Origin: Anaerolineae bacterium
GTDB taxonomy: Bacteria > Chloroflexota > Anaerolineae > UBA1429
Assembly (NCBI GenBank): GCA_963675785.1
Contig: OY776562.1
Location: forward strand, 992,001-1,056,000
Direction of reading: 5' to 3'
DNA: 64,000 nucleotides
This document shows, piece by piece, positions 45,176-55,046 of the stretch (its first letter is position 1; each line of letters begins with the position of its first letter). Made by a program: the position numbers and the translations under genes. The notes under the pieces are model-generated. The model had not been told where the DNA came from. It ran no database searches and saw nothing but the letters and a program-made list of their open reading frames with translations.

Positions 45176-46195
45176 CTACTCGGAGACGATGGCTCTATAG
45201 ATCGTCTGAGCATAAAATGCGTGCCCCCAGTCTCCCGGGTGGTTGAGTCCGTTGGCATACAGACTGATGGGGCGTTTGCGCGCCAGTAACTCTTGCCAGG
45301 GTGTGGTCAGATCGGCCAGAGCACACCCTTCACCGCAGAGCGCCGCCAGGGCGTCGCGGTAATCCTCATAGAGTTCGATGCCGCTTTCGGCGCGGTTTGG
45401 GTTGCCCCACATGGTCGCTAGCAACACAAACTCGCATTCTGGCGAGACCTCACGAATGCGCCGCATTTGTTCGGCAATGTTGTCGGCATAAGTTGCCGGC
45501 GGCGTTTTGTGGAACCCATCGTTCATGCCAAAGGCGATGATGCACAAACTGGGATGCGTGGGGAGTACGTTGTGGACGTTCTCTAGCCCCCAAACTGAAG
45601 TTGTACCCGGCACAGCGATGTTGGTCAGTGTGCAGTCCAGGTCATGATTTCTTTCCAGCATCAGGCAGAGACGCTCTGGGTAGGCGGGCTGCCAGGGAGA
45701 GCGCTGGATATACGCTGAGGCGTTACCCCCCGCAGAAATACTGTCGCCCCACACAGTAATGCGCAGATCGCGTTTCTGTTCAAGGGCCTGTCTGGTACGC
45801 GGCAAAAAGCCAGCTTTATGGGCTGTGGGAATATCCCACCCGTGATGCGTATAGCTGACAAGCAGTTGCCGGCTCCGAATATAGTTCTGCTCATCCCACA
45901 AAAGCCAGCGATTCGAGCCACGCTGAGTTCCTTTGGCCATAGGAGCTTTTGCCTCTGGATAGAGCACATCGCTGGTGAAAAAGGGGATTCGGCTCTCTGA
46001 TGTGAGAATCAGCCGTTTACCATCAAGCTCAAAATCGATGCCGCGATCATAATGAAGCGTGCCATCACTGTTGCATACCGCCAGCAACTCTTGAGGTTGT
46101 AAGAGCAATTGTCCATTGGCTGGCTGGTTATTCTCAGAAATCGGCAAGAGGGGTTCTTCGTAGGCTACCGTGCTTTCGCTATAGAGCTTTTCCAC
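45176..46195 (-). CDS. SGNH/GDSL hydrolase with N-terminal extension
   Basis: WGDSIS, FGMND, NGLNHP. Confidence 0.85.
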   Translation of the reverse strand: MEKLYSESTVAYEEPLLPISENNQPANGQLLLQPQELLAVCNSDGTLHYDRGIDFELDGKRLILTSESRIPFFTSDVLYPEAKAPMAKGTQRGSNRWLLWDEQNYIRSRQLLVSYTHHGWDIPTAHKAGFLPRTRQALEQKRDLRITVWGDSISAGGNASAYIQRSPWQPAYPERLCLMLERNHDLDCTLTNIAVPGTTSVWGLENVHNVLPTHPSLCIIAFGMNDGFHKTPPATYADNIAEQMRRIREVSPECEFVLLATMWGNPNRAESGIELYEDYRDALAALCGEGCALADLTTPWQELLARKRPISLYANGLNHPGDWGHAFYAQTIYRAIVSE

Positions 46196-46207
46196 GTTGT
46201 CTTACCT

Positions 46208-47284
46208 TCAATTGATATCGAGAATCTGGCCGAATCCATTTACGGTTAGCAGGTATTCCTGATCGGGCTCAAAGGTCAGATACTCTTCCAAGCTATCGGG
46301 AGTATAAGCATAGTCTGTATCGCCATCGCTAAATACCACGGCATAAGTTTCGTAAGATTCACCCAAGCGCTGGTTAGCGACTAGAGAAGGAGTGGGCCAA
46401 CCTGTGGGCGTACCGTTGCCAGAGTTGCTCACTGTGTCGATGACGCCCCACGCTGTCGTTTCATAAGTACACCAGGGCGCATAAATTTCATAGACGCAAT
46501 CCTGAACGACCTGACCTACGCCGGTGCCCGTATCGACCACATAGGGCGTGCCACAAACTTCAACCGCTCCCTGCACCGGCTCTTCGGACGTACTCTGCAG
46601 GCGATCCTCACAAGAGAGCACCTTGGCACCAGTGGGGATCTCTTCCTCCCAATTTGCGGATTGTACAGGGACGAGACCTTCGATATCGATCGAGTAGCTC
46701 CAAGAAGTGCTGGTGACCGTGGCATTGATCTCGTCGCTCTTGTTGCATTGCGCCACGAATATGGAAATGATCAAGACGATTGCAGCCAGGATAGCAAAGA
46801 TAAGGATAGGGCGGCTTTTTTTCTGGGGTGTTCCTGCTTTTGGGGAGACACTCGGCTTGGCTAGTTTTCGCACTTCGGCCAGGCTGGCCCCACACTGAGA
46901 GCAGTTGTTGGCATTGGCAGGGTTTTCGGCACCACAGGCTGGGCAGGTGATGGATTCCGCCGTACCCTCTTCAAAGGCACCGAGCACTTGGCCCGATGCG
47001 AGCCGCTCCGCATCACTGAAATCGCCGCTACATTGCTTGCATTTGTCGGCCCCAGCGGGATTACGTGTGCCGCAGTATGGGCAAATGATATCAGCTCCGG
47101 CATTGGCGCGCGCTGCTGTTTCTGCAGAGGTATCGAGTTTGGCGCCCTGGCGCAGCTCAAAGGCGATGTCTTCAGGCATGGCTGCACCGCAGGCTTGGCA
47201 TTTCGCATCGGTGCCCTTGTTTACCGTGCCGCAAGCGGGGCAAGTCCATTCTAAATTCACATAACCAACAGTTTTGCGTACCAT
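46208..47284 (-). CDS. multi-zinc-ribbon membrane protein
   Basis: Three CxxC-(x10)-CxxC units, one TM helix, acidic extracellular domain. Confidence 0.8.
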   Translation of the reverse strand: MVRKTVGYVNLEWTCPACGTVNKGTDAKCQACGAAMPEDIAFELRQGAKLDTSAETAARANAGADIICPYCGTRNPAGADKCKQCSGDFSDAERLASGQVLGAFEEGTAESITCPACGAENPANANNCSQCGASLAEVRKLAKPSVSPKAGTPQKKSRPILIFAILAAIVLIISIFVAQCNKSDEINATVTSTSWSYSIDIEGLVPVQSANWEEEIPTGAKVLSCEDRLQSTSEEPVQGAVEVCGTPYVVDTGTGVGQVVQDCVYEIYAPWCTYETTAWGVIDTVSNSGNGTPTGWPTPSLVANQRLGESYETYAVVFSDGDTDYAYTPDSLEEYLTFEPDQEYLLTVNGFGQILDIN

Positions 47285-47299
47285 ATTTTCTCCCCGGCC

Positions 47300-47770
47300 C
47301 TACTTGGCTTCCTCAAGATGCGAGGTGCATGCAGGACAGCGAACGGCTTCCAAAGGGATTTCTGTCTTGCAGAAAGGACAGGTTTTGGTTGTCGGCGTTT
47401 CCTCAGGTGTGGCGGGTTCTGGTTTGGCCTTGAGTCGGTTCAATTGCTTGACTATCACGAAAACAACCCAGGCGATGATCAAGAAACTAATAACGGTGTT
47501 GATAAAAACGCCATAGTTCATTGTGGGAGCGCCTGCTTCTTGAGCGGCGGCCAGCGAAGCGTAATCGCCGCCATCGAGCGCCCAAAAAAGGTTGCTAAAA
47601 TCCACCTTGCCCAGTAACAGTCCGATGGGCGGCATGACGATATCATTGACCAACGAGGTGATAATATCTTTGAATGCTGCACCGATAATGATGCCAACGG
47701 CCAAATCAATGACGTTGCCTTTGACAGCAAAGTCTTTGAACTCTTGTAGTAGTCCCTTTTTCTCGGCCAT
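47300..47770 (-). CDS. mscL: large-conductance mechanosensitive channel with C-terminal CxxC...CxxC
   Basis: [37 protein letters not shown]; CPFC...RCPAC tail. Confidence 0.95.
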   Translation of the reverse strand: MAEKKGLLQEFKDFAVKGNVIDLAVGIIIGAAFKDIITSLVNDIVMPPIGLLLGKVDFSNLFWALDGGDYASLAAAQEAGAPTMNYGVFINTVISFLIIAWVVFVIVKQLNRLKAKPEPATPEETPTTKTCPFCKTEIPLEAVRCPACTSHLEEAK

Positions 47771-47782
47771 TTTGGCCTCCTG

Positions 47783-48751
47783 TCACTGAATCTCTGCGGG
47801 AGCGATATCGACAACAGCCATACTTTTGCGATCATAGGTATAGGCGATGTGGATAGTGCCATCCTGACCCTGGATGACAGCCGGGTAGGAATAGCGCCCC
47901 GGCTGATCCTCGAGCACCATGAAATCGCGCCATGTCTGGCCATCCACAGAAACTGCGGCCAGCAGTGGTGTGCGCGGGCCTCCCCATTGCCCTGGCTCGG
48001 GCCGGGTGGGATTGTAGATGAGCACGTGGCGCCCATCCGCCAGTGTGACGGCATCAACGCCCGAATTGGGATTGGGCATGTTTGTGGGCGCGGCGACAGA
48101 CCAGCTCTGCCCCTCATCACGGCTCCAACTTTGGTATAGCACACCCTGTTTGCTGCGCAAGAGTATTTGCAGAGCACCATGATGAACCAACACTGTGGGT
48201 TGGATCAGATCTGCCGGGGACGCGGCATCTGTCGGCACGGGAGTCTGCATCCACTGAGCCTGTGCCGGTGAATCCAGCAGTGCTTGCAACTCGACGCGTT
48301 CCATCACGGTGGTCCATGCAGAACTGGTTTCGAGGCTGGATGGACAGAGCAGTATGCCGTCGTCCAGCAAGATGGGTTTGTTTTTGATGGGCCCCAAAGC
48401 CTGAACAAGGCGAGTTGGGGTGGTCCACGTGCGTCCCCCGTCCCACAAAGTCATAACGTACGACCACCACTCGCGCGGGTTTGGCCCCGCACGGTAGAAC
48501 AAGAGGAGTCCGTTACCCTTCAGAGCCAGGGCAACCGGATTGTAGCAGGCATAGGTATCGTGTGCTGCGATTTGCCAGGGTTGAGCCCAAACGCCGTTCC
48601 GGCGTACAGATCCCCAGATAGTCACATCCGGGTTGCCTTCGCGTGTGCCTGCAAACCAGGCGCAAAACAATCCCCCGTCACTTAGTTCTGCCAACGTGAC
48701 GGCATGAACCTCCCCCCAAGTGCCAACCTCGAAAACCAGTTCGCGATTCAT
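47783..48751 (-). CDS. BNR-repeat sialidase-family protein
   Basis: AWFAGTREG, Asp-boxes (WDGGRTW, SRDEGQSW, SVDGQTW), GPIKNKP, YSYP. Confidence 0.88.
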   Translation of the reverse strand: MNRELVFEVGTWGEVHAVTLAELSDGGLFCAWFAGTREGNPDVTIWGSVRRNGVWAQPWQIAAHDTYACYNPVALALKGNGLLLFYRAGPNPREWWSYVMTLWDGGRTWTTPTRLVQALGPIKNKPILLDDGILLCPSSLETSSAWTTVMERVELQALLDSPAQAQWMQTPVPTDAASPADLIQPTVLVHHGALQILLRSKQGVLYQSWSRDEGQSWSVAAPTNMPNPNSGVDAVTLADGRHVLIYNPTRPEPGQWGGPRTPLLAAVSVDGQTWRDFMVLEDQPGRYSYPAVIQGQDGTIHIAYTYDRKSMAVVDIAPAEIQ

Positions 48752-49525
48752 CTACTCTGCCTTGGCCAAACGAGCAGCACGAGCTACCTTGTACAAGGCC
48801 AAAAGCGCCGCAATCAGCATAACGCAGCCGCTGACCAAGGCCACAGTGACCACAGACGCAGGCGTTGTCGAGCGGGCAGCGATACCGGTAAACGCCCATG
48901 AGAAAACCAGACCAAAGGCAGCATCCTTATTCCGAAAGACCGTGATAAGCCCAATGGCTGTGGCAATGATGAGCATGAGGATAGTCCAAACTTCTGGCGT
49001 AATGCCCCAGCCGCTCCAGCCTGCATCGACGAGGAAGAGAGCCGCGTTAGCGATGAGCGCCACCGAAATCCAGCCAGTATAGATACTAAAGGGGATATGG
49101 CACATCCAGCGATCGCGAATAGAAGCTCCCTGACGCATGGCAGCGAGTCGGATAAAGATGATCAGCAGGCTGGCAAACAGTGCGACCATCAGAATGAGGG
49201 ACAGCCAAAATGTCTCTGTGTGCCAGGCAAAAATCCAAGCGGCGTTAAAGGCGCAACTCAGCACATAGGGGAGCCAAATGGCCTCGACGCGCTTTTGTGC
49301 CTCTTCCTCATTGCGATAGGCGTATACCACAAAGGCAACCAATCCCAGATAAATAAGGCCCCAGATGGAAAAGACATAACCTGCCGGTGCAAAAAGGTTA
49401 TTGATCGAGTCTGAGACCTCGCCTGTAGTAACGCCAGCAATAGGCAAGATGTTGGCGAGTGCGTTTACTACAAGGACAACAAGTGTAGCAATCAGGATGA
49501 CAAAACTGCGCGAATTCTTTTTCAT
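48752..49525 (-). CDS. tryptophan-rich sensory protein (TspO-like membrane protein)
   Basis: FAPAGYVFSIWGLIY, N..WIF.W, PFSIY.GWISVA..AN. Confidence 0.8.
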   Translation of the reverse strand: MKKNSRSFVILIATLVVLVVNALANILPIAGVTTGEVSDSINNLFAPAGYVFSIWGLIYLGLVAFVVYAYRNEEEAQKRVEAIWLPYVLSCAFNAAWIFAWHTETFWLSLILMVALFASLLIIFIRLAAMRQGASIRDRWMCHIPFSIYTGWISVALIANAALFLVDAGWSGWGITPEVWTILMLIIATAIGLITVFRNKDAAFGLVFSWAFTGIAARSTTPASVVTVALVSGCVMLIAALLALYKVARAARLAKAE

Positions 49526-49593
49526 CGCTACCTCCCAGTGTCATAGATTCCAACATTAACCATGATACCCTACCTGAAGACACTTCTCAATAG

Positions 49594-49626
49594 AAAAAGG
49601 GGTGACTCACAAAAGTGAGCCACCCT
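49594..49626 (-). terminator. intrinsic terminator after the lyase gene
   Basis: A-tract then GGGTGACTCAC / GTGAGCCACCC. Confidence 0.65.
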
Positions 49627-49666
49627 ATCAAAAAGAGAAAAGAGCGCACATTCAACAATCTGGCGT

Positions 49667-50806
49667 CTATTGTCTTTCGTACATCAGCCAGGCGCGATTG
49701 CCGCAAACGTCGTTCAGAGGCAGCTTTTCAACAGCATCCCATAGATTGGCCTTGGGGAAGAGGCGGTTGACTTGCAAGAGGAGGGGCAGCAAATCGCCAC
49801 GGTCCATCTCGGTAATCTGAGGGTATTCCCAGGGCACAGCAGGGTCGCTGAATTGAGCCAGCCACTGCATGGCCTTGAGAATAGAGCCGCCGGCCTTGTT
49901 TTCATAGTGCCACAGATCAACGCCTGCCTGCTCTCCTTGTACGGCCAGGGTGATAAGGCCGCGCAGGTTGAATTTGCTGTAACTAAAGGCGCGTGTGCGA
50001 GCCAACTCTTCAGGCTGTCGGCCATCGGCAGTGATGTGCGGCTCAAAATGCAATACGATGGCCTGTTCCAACAGGTCTTTGGCCAAGGCCTGGTTACCCG
50101 TAAACAAGGCCATGCCCGCCATTTGTGCCGAGCACCAGGTGCCATGATTGTTGGGATGGAGGTGCTCTTGCTGACCCTTTTCGCTATCGCAGAGCCAATG
50201 CAAATAGGAGGCAAACCAGGCTTTGACGGCCCGGAAATCCTCGCTGGACAACGTGCCCAGTTCGGCGAGGACGATGGCACAATCGATGACGGGCAGCAGG
50301 CGATTGGTATCGATGATGCCAATATTACGCCCCTCACAAATGCCGGGGATGGCCTGGCCGTATTCGAGGTGCGGATTCATCCGTGTTTCCGGGCTAATGA
50401 ACCAGGTTCGCAAGAGCAGCGCGGCGTGCTGGGCGTGACGATGTCCGCCGCCATAATAGGCAGCCAGGGTCAATATGAGCACATCTTCGCTCAGATCATG
50501 GAGGGCGTCCGTGTCGCTGGCATTCCCCAAAAAGTCTGGGTTGCGCTCGCCATCGCGTCGTACATAGGGCAGGTGATCCGCTGTGTCCGGGTTTGGCCAC
50601 CAGTATGTGCCATAGCTGAGATAATCGTGCTTGTCACCCGAAGGCGGCAGGTTGGTCTTGTCCATCACGCTGTAGGGGCCGCGTTCCAGTGCCGCATTGG
50701 CCTCTCGGATCAGTACGCCATAGGCTGCGATATGACAGGGCGAGCCCGCCTCTAGCTTTTTCTTGATGGTTTCCAGTTGCTCAGTTCGAAACAACAAAGG
50801 CTGCAT
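49667..50806 (-). CDS. alginate-lyase-family protein (cytoplasmic polysaccharide lyase fold)
   Basis: SGDKHDYLS..YWWP, RMNPHLEYGQ, NNHGTW, E..RT..FSYS.FNL; no signal peptide. Confidence 0.85.
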   Translation of the reverse strand: MQPLLFRTEQLETIKKKLEAGSPCHIAAYGVLIREANAALERGPYSVMDKTNLPPSGDKHDYLSYGTYWWPNPDTADHLPYVRRDGERNPDFLGNASDTDALHDLSEDVLILTLAAYYGGGHRHAQHAALLLRTWFISPETRMNPHLEYGQAIPGICEGRNIGIIDTNRLLPVIDCAIVLAELGTLSSEDFRAVKAWFASYLHWLCDSEKGQQEHLHPNNHGTWCSAQMAGMALFTGNQALAKDLLEQAIVLHFEPHITADGRQPEELARTRAFSYSKFNLRGLITLAVQGEQAGVDLWHYENKAGGSILKAMQWLAQFSDPAVPWEYPQITEMDRGDLLPLLLQVNRLFPKANLWDAVEKLPLNDVCGNRAWLMYERQ

Positions 50807-50816
50807 AACTCAGTCC

Positions 50817-52874
50817 TCACAATTTTGCGGTGCGTACCAACACGGCGGCACCATAAGGTGAAAGGTGGATGGTATCTGTTACACTTGAATCGCTCACCAG
50901 ATCGACATAATGTCCATCCAGCGTGATCTCTTGCGGGCAATCGCCATAGTTGCCCAAGAATACATAATCAGTCTCGCCATCGGTGCGCAACTGCGCCGTA
51001 ACGCCCTCGGGCAGCGCGGCAGATAGTACAGGCTTGATGCCCAGCTTTTGGCAAAGGCCTCTGGCAAAATCGGTGTGGAAATCGGCCCCGAAACGTGCAG
51101 CCACGTAATAGGCGCGTCCCTGGCCGTATTTGTGTACCGTTAGGGCAGGGGTATCTGCGTAAAAGTCAGAAGCATAGGTGCCCAGCACGCGCGCATCATC
51201 GGTATGGATGATGTCACAATAAAGGCTGCAAGTATAGTTTTCGGCCAATCCCAGTCCGTCGTCATCTACCAGGTTCATGGTGTTGGTCTCGCCTTCGTAA
51301 AGAGCATCTGTGTCCTCATCACGGATGTCCACAACATCGGCCAGCGGTCCGGGCCGAAAGGCCATATAACAGCGGTCGTACTCGTCGACGATCCCGCTCC
51401 AGTAGGTGAGCACCAGCGTGCCGCCCTGGCGTACGAAATCAGCAATACGATCTGCGGTTTCCTGCCGCACCATGTACAGCATGGGTGCGATGAGCAGTTT
51501 GTACTGGCTCAGGTCATGGTCGTGAGCGATCACATCTATGGGCACGCCCATATCCCAGAATGGACGATAGTGGGCCAGTGCAGTTTCCTCATAATCCTTG
51601 TGCTCTCTGCGAGGTCCCTGGGCGGCTTCCAATGCCCAGCGGTTGTCCACGTCGAACATCACCGCCACCTGAGGTTCGACGCTGGTACCGACGATGCCGT
51701 CCATCCGTTTGAGCACCTCACCAACCTCGGCCACGCCGCGGAATATGCGGGTATGCTCAGTGCCGTCGTGGTTCACCACAGCGCTGTGGAACTTTTCGCT
51801 GCCGCCGCGCCCAGCTCGCCACTGAAAATACTGCACAGTGTCGGAACCATGGGCTATGGCTTGCATTGATGCCAACATGTGCATACCGGGGCGCTTGTGT
51901 TTGGCCACTGGTGTCCAGTTGGTCACGCTGGGCGCCGATTCCATCAGCATCCAGGGCTTGCCGTTCTTCATGGCCCGAAAGCGATCATACTGAAAGGCGA
52001 CAGAGGCACCAATATTGGCATTGCCCGCGGGGTTGTGCCACAGGGGGTAAACGTCCAGCGACAGCACATCCAGATGGGGTGCCCAGGCGGCATAATCCAG
52101 GCCGTCAAAATAGGGCATCATGTTGGTGGTGATGGGCACGTTGGGTGTAATCTTGCGCAGGGGGGCCGATTCGGTCAGATAAAAGTCCAGCATCTGCTCG
52201 TTGCGAAAGCGGCGCCAATCCAACATCATACCGTGGATGGATTCGTCCACCGGATTGATCTGCTCCCAGTCAGTAAAAGTGTGGCTCCAAAAGCGGGACC
52301 ACCAACAGTCGTTCAGGTTCTCGATGGTGCCATAGCGCGCTTTAAGCCACTGGCGAAACGCCGAGAGGCACAACTCGCAGTGGCAGGGTCCACCGTTGTA
52401 CTCGTTACTCACATGCCACACCAGCAAAGCGGGATGATCTTTGTAACGTTCAGCGAGGTGTGTGTTCATTTCTACGCATTTGCTGCGATAGACGGGAGAA
52501 GTGGGGCAGTGGTTATGCCGGCCGCGTTGAGGCTCGCGCTGGCCATCCTGGCGGACTCGGCAAATCTCGGGGTACTTGTCCGCCATCCATACTGGCTTGG
52601 CACCGCTGGGCGTGGCCAGCACCGCATACATGCCATTTTTCGCCAGGCGATCCATGGTACTGTCGAGCCAATCCCAGTGATATTCACCTTCATGTGGTTC
52701 CAGGGCCATCCAGCTAAAGATGGCTACGCTGGGAGCGTTGATGCCAGCCAATTTCATGAGGCGGATATCCTCTTGGAGTACCTCGGGATAGCTCTGCCAC
52801 TGGTCGGGATTGTAATCACCACCGTGGATCATGTGGGGAAATTTGGGATTGATGGGATCATATTTCAATGCCAT
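50817..52874 (-). CDS. beta-galactosidase, GH42
   Basis: GGDYNPDQW, WHVSNEY, CHCELC, LMES, YFQWR, EKFH. Confidence 0.94.
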   Translation of the reverse strand: MALKYDPINPKFPHMIHGGDYNPDQWQSYPEVLQEDIRLMKLAGINAPSVAIFSWMALEPHEGEYHWDWLDSTMDRLAKNGMYAVLATPSGAKPVWMADKYPEICRVRQDGQREPQRGRHNHCPTSPVYRSKCVEMNTHLAERYKDHPALLVWHVSNEYNGGPCHCELCLSAFRQWLKARYGTIENLNDCWWSRFWSHTFTDWEQINPVDESIHGMMLDWRRFRNEQMLDFYLTESAPLRKITPNVPITTNMMPYFDGLDYAAWAPHLDVLSLDVYPLWHNPAGNANIGASVAFQYDRFRAMKNGKPWMLMESAPSVTNWTPVAKHKRPGMHMLASMQAIAHGSDTVQYFQWRAGRGGSEKFHSAVVNHDGTEHTRIFRGVAEVGEVLKRMDGIVGTSVEPQVAVMFDVDNRWALEAAQGPRREHKDYEETALAHYRPFWDMGVPIDVIAHDHDLSQYKLLIAPMLYMVRQETADRIADFVRQGGTLVLTYWSGIVDEYDRCYMAFRPGPLADVVDIRDEDTDALYEGETNTMNLVDDDGLGLAENYTCSLYCDIIHTDDARVLGTYASDFYADTPALTVHKYGQGRAYYVAARFGADFHTDFARGLCQKLGIKPVLSAALPEGVTAQLRTDGETDYVFLGNYGDCPQEITLDGHYVDLVSDSSVTDTIHLSPYGAAVLVRTAKL

Positions 52875-52992
52875 AAGCTCCTCCTCATCTACGGAGAAAA
52901 GTACAACTGCAAGCTGCATGTTATTCGTTTAAGATGATTTTGTCGAGCTAATCTTGGATTACTCGAACAAATTTTCGTGTGCACTAGGCCAT

Positions 52993-53021
52993 TTGACAGA
53001 TATCTGGTGAGAGTGTAGGAT
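52993..53021 (+). promoter_or_regulatory. sigma70-type promoter of the leader-ABC operon
   Basis: TTGACA - 17 nt - TAGGAT. Confidence 0.65.
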
Positions 53022-53049
53022 GGGGTCATGAAAAAGGAGGTATACGGCT

Positions 53050-53169
53050 ATGTTGATTAACCAAGCACTTTTGACTGTCGGAGCTGCGCGTTTGCGTAGC
53101 GCCGTCGTCGTGCGCGTTAGCAACAGGAGAGGTGTGCCTCGTGACGGTGGGGGTCCAGTCTACATTTAA
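53050..53169 (+). CDS. 39-aa leader peptide (MLINQALLTVGAARLRSAVVVRVSNRRGVPRDGGGPVYI)
   Basis: Strong RBS AAGGAGG (53034-53040), ATG 53050, TAA 53167-53169; lies between the promoter and a terminator. Below the ORF-track cutoff. Confidence 0.7.
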   Translation: MLINQALLTVGAARLRSAVVVRVSNRRGVPRDGGGPVYI

Positions 53170-53189
53170 CCCCATCAACCAAGACTGAT

Positions 53190-53225
53190 AACCGGTCGCG
53201 AAGCACGAAAAGCGACCGGTTTTTT
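53190..53225 (+). terminator. attenuator terminator in the ABC-exporter leader
   Basis: AACCGGTCGC / GCGACCGGTT followed by a T-run, upstream of the ABC start codon. Confidence 0.8.
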
Positions 53226-53285
53226 GTGTCTTTGGTTTTTGGGTTACCCCCTTGACGAAAACCCGATTAACAGGAAACAGAGAGA

Positions 53286-55046
53286 ATGGAAAAGACAAGA
53301 GACATTCAAGTATCACAATATGGCAGAATCTTGTGGCAGTATCTCCGGCCTCACTGGCATCGGAGTTTGGGCCTAGCTGTCCTGCTTTTTGCCAGTATCG
53401 GGTTGCAGATTTATGTGCCCCAGATTCTGCAAAAGTTCATCGATTCGGCTGTGCCTGGTGTTGATGCCAATGTACTGCTGGTAGCGGCGGCTGGTTTTGT
53501 GGGGCTGAGTCTGGCCCAGCGTGTGTTTGGTATCGGCGCGACGCTCATCGGTACCGATCTGGGATGGCGCGCCACCAACGAATTGCGAGAGGATCTTGCT
53601 GAGCACTGTTTGCGGTTGGATATGACCTTTCACAAACAGTACACGCCGGGCAAACTCATTGAGCGCATCGATGGTGACGTGCTGGCCTTGGCCAACTTTT
53701 TCTCCCAGTTCGCTGTGCAGATGTTGGGCGGGGTCCTTCTTTTGGTGGGCATCTTGGCCGCACTGTATCTGGAAGATTGGCGTATTGGCCTGGCAATGAC
53801 GGGATTTGCACTGGTTAGTTTGCTCCTGCTTTCAGTGCTGCGAAACTATGCGGTTAAAGAGTCCGAGGCAGAGCGTGAGACCAGCGCTAATCTCTATGGT
53901 TTTATCGAAGAACGTCTTAGCTGCCGTGAGGACATCCGCGCTAATGGTGGTGCGCCCTATACGCTCAAGCGGTTCTATGAGACGAACAGCACCTATACCA
54001 TCACCGGCGTCAATGCCTGGGTACGGCGTTCAACGCTATGGCAACTATCGATTCTGCTCTTTTCACTGGGCTTTGTGTTTGCTCTGGCAGTGGGTGGCGT
54101 GCTCTATTCACGGGGCATCATCTCCCTGGGCACGGCTTATATCATCAGTCAGTACACGTCGCTCCTTTTTGGCCCCATCGAGCGCCTGACCGCCCAGTTC
54201 CAGGATCTACAAAAGGCGGCAGCCAGTATTGGACGTGTTACCGACCTGATGGCGATCAAGAGCAAGTTGACGAACGAAGGCTCTGATAAACTAACCGAAG
54301 GCCCTTTATCGCTCGAGTTTGATCATGTGTCTTTTACATATGACGATGGCGACGAACGAGTTTTGCAGGACATCTCCTTTTCACTGGCACCTGGCAAGAC
54401 GATGGGTGTGCTTGGGCGCACGGGTTGCGGCAAAACAACCCTCACCCGGCTGATCTTTCGCCTCTACGATGTGAGCGAGGGAGCAATCCGTGTGGATGGG
54501 CATGAACTGAGTCATCTGCCGATGGATCATCTTCGCCAGAGAGTGGGCATTGTCACACAGGATGTACAGCTTTTTGAGGGGACCGTTCGCGATAACATTA
54601 CCCTTTTTGATCATAATGTGCCTGATGACAGGTTGACTGGCTTGCTCTATCAGTTGGGATTGGGAACCTGGTTCGATTCGTTGGACAAGGGTCTGGATAG
54701 TGAACTCAGTGCCGGAGGCGGCGGCCTTTCGGCGGGCGAAGCTCAGTTACTGGCTTTTGCGCGCGTCTTTTTGCAGGATCCAGGCGTGGTCATTCTTGAT
54801 GAGCCTTCTTCAAGGTTGGACCCCGCCACTGAGCAGAAACTGGATCGCGCCATGGCCGACTTGCTAAAGGGGAGAACGGCCATCATCATCGCCCACCGTT
54901 TGGGCACTGTGGAACGTGTGGATGATATTCTGGTCATGGCCAATGGCCGCGTTGAAGAACAGGGCGATCGCCAAACACTGGCGCATGATCCCAACTCTCA
55001 CTTTTACCGACTGCTCAACACGAGCATGGAGGGTGCATTAGCATGA
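53286..55046 (+). CDS. heterodimeric ABC exporter, subunit 1
   Basis: TMD plus GRTGCGKTT, LSAGEAQ (non-consensus signature), ILDEPSS, IAHRL. Confidence 0.93.
   Translation: MEKTRDIQVSQYGRILWQYLRPHWHRSLGLAVLLFASIGLQIYVPQILQKFIDSAVPGVDANVLLVAAAGFVGLSLAQRVFGIGATLIGTDLGWRATNELREDLAEHCLRLDMTFHKQYTPGKLIERIDGDVLALANFFSQFAVQMLGGVLLLVGILAALYLEDWRIGLAMTGFALVSLLLLSVLRNYAVKESEAERETSANLYGFIEERLSCREDIRANGGAPYTLKRFYETNSTYTITGVNAWVRRSTLWQLSILLFSLGFVFALAVGGVLYSRGIISLGTAYIISQYTSLLFGPIERLTAQFQDLQKAAASIGRVTDLMAIKSKLTNEGSDKLTEGPLSLEFDHVSFTYDDGDERVLQDISFSLAPGKTMGVLGRTGCGKTTLTRLIFRLYDVSEGAIRVDGHELSHLPMDHLRQRVGIVTQDVQLFEGTVRDNITLFDHNVPDDRLTGLLYQLGLGTWFDSLDKGLDSELSAGGGGLSAGEAQLLAFARVFLQDPGVVILDEPSSRLDPATEQKLDRAMADLLKGRTAIIIAHRLGTVERVDDILVMANGRVEEQGDRQTLAHDPNSHFYRLLNTSMEGALA

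Noticed and set aside
49772-52937. Long + strand ORFs 49772..50755, 51204..51869 and 51879..52937 (and minus ORF 11656..12732)
   Set aside because: Antisense to well-supported genes with no motifs; expected shadows in GC-rich coding DNA.
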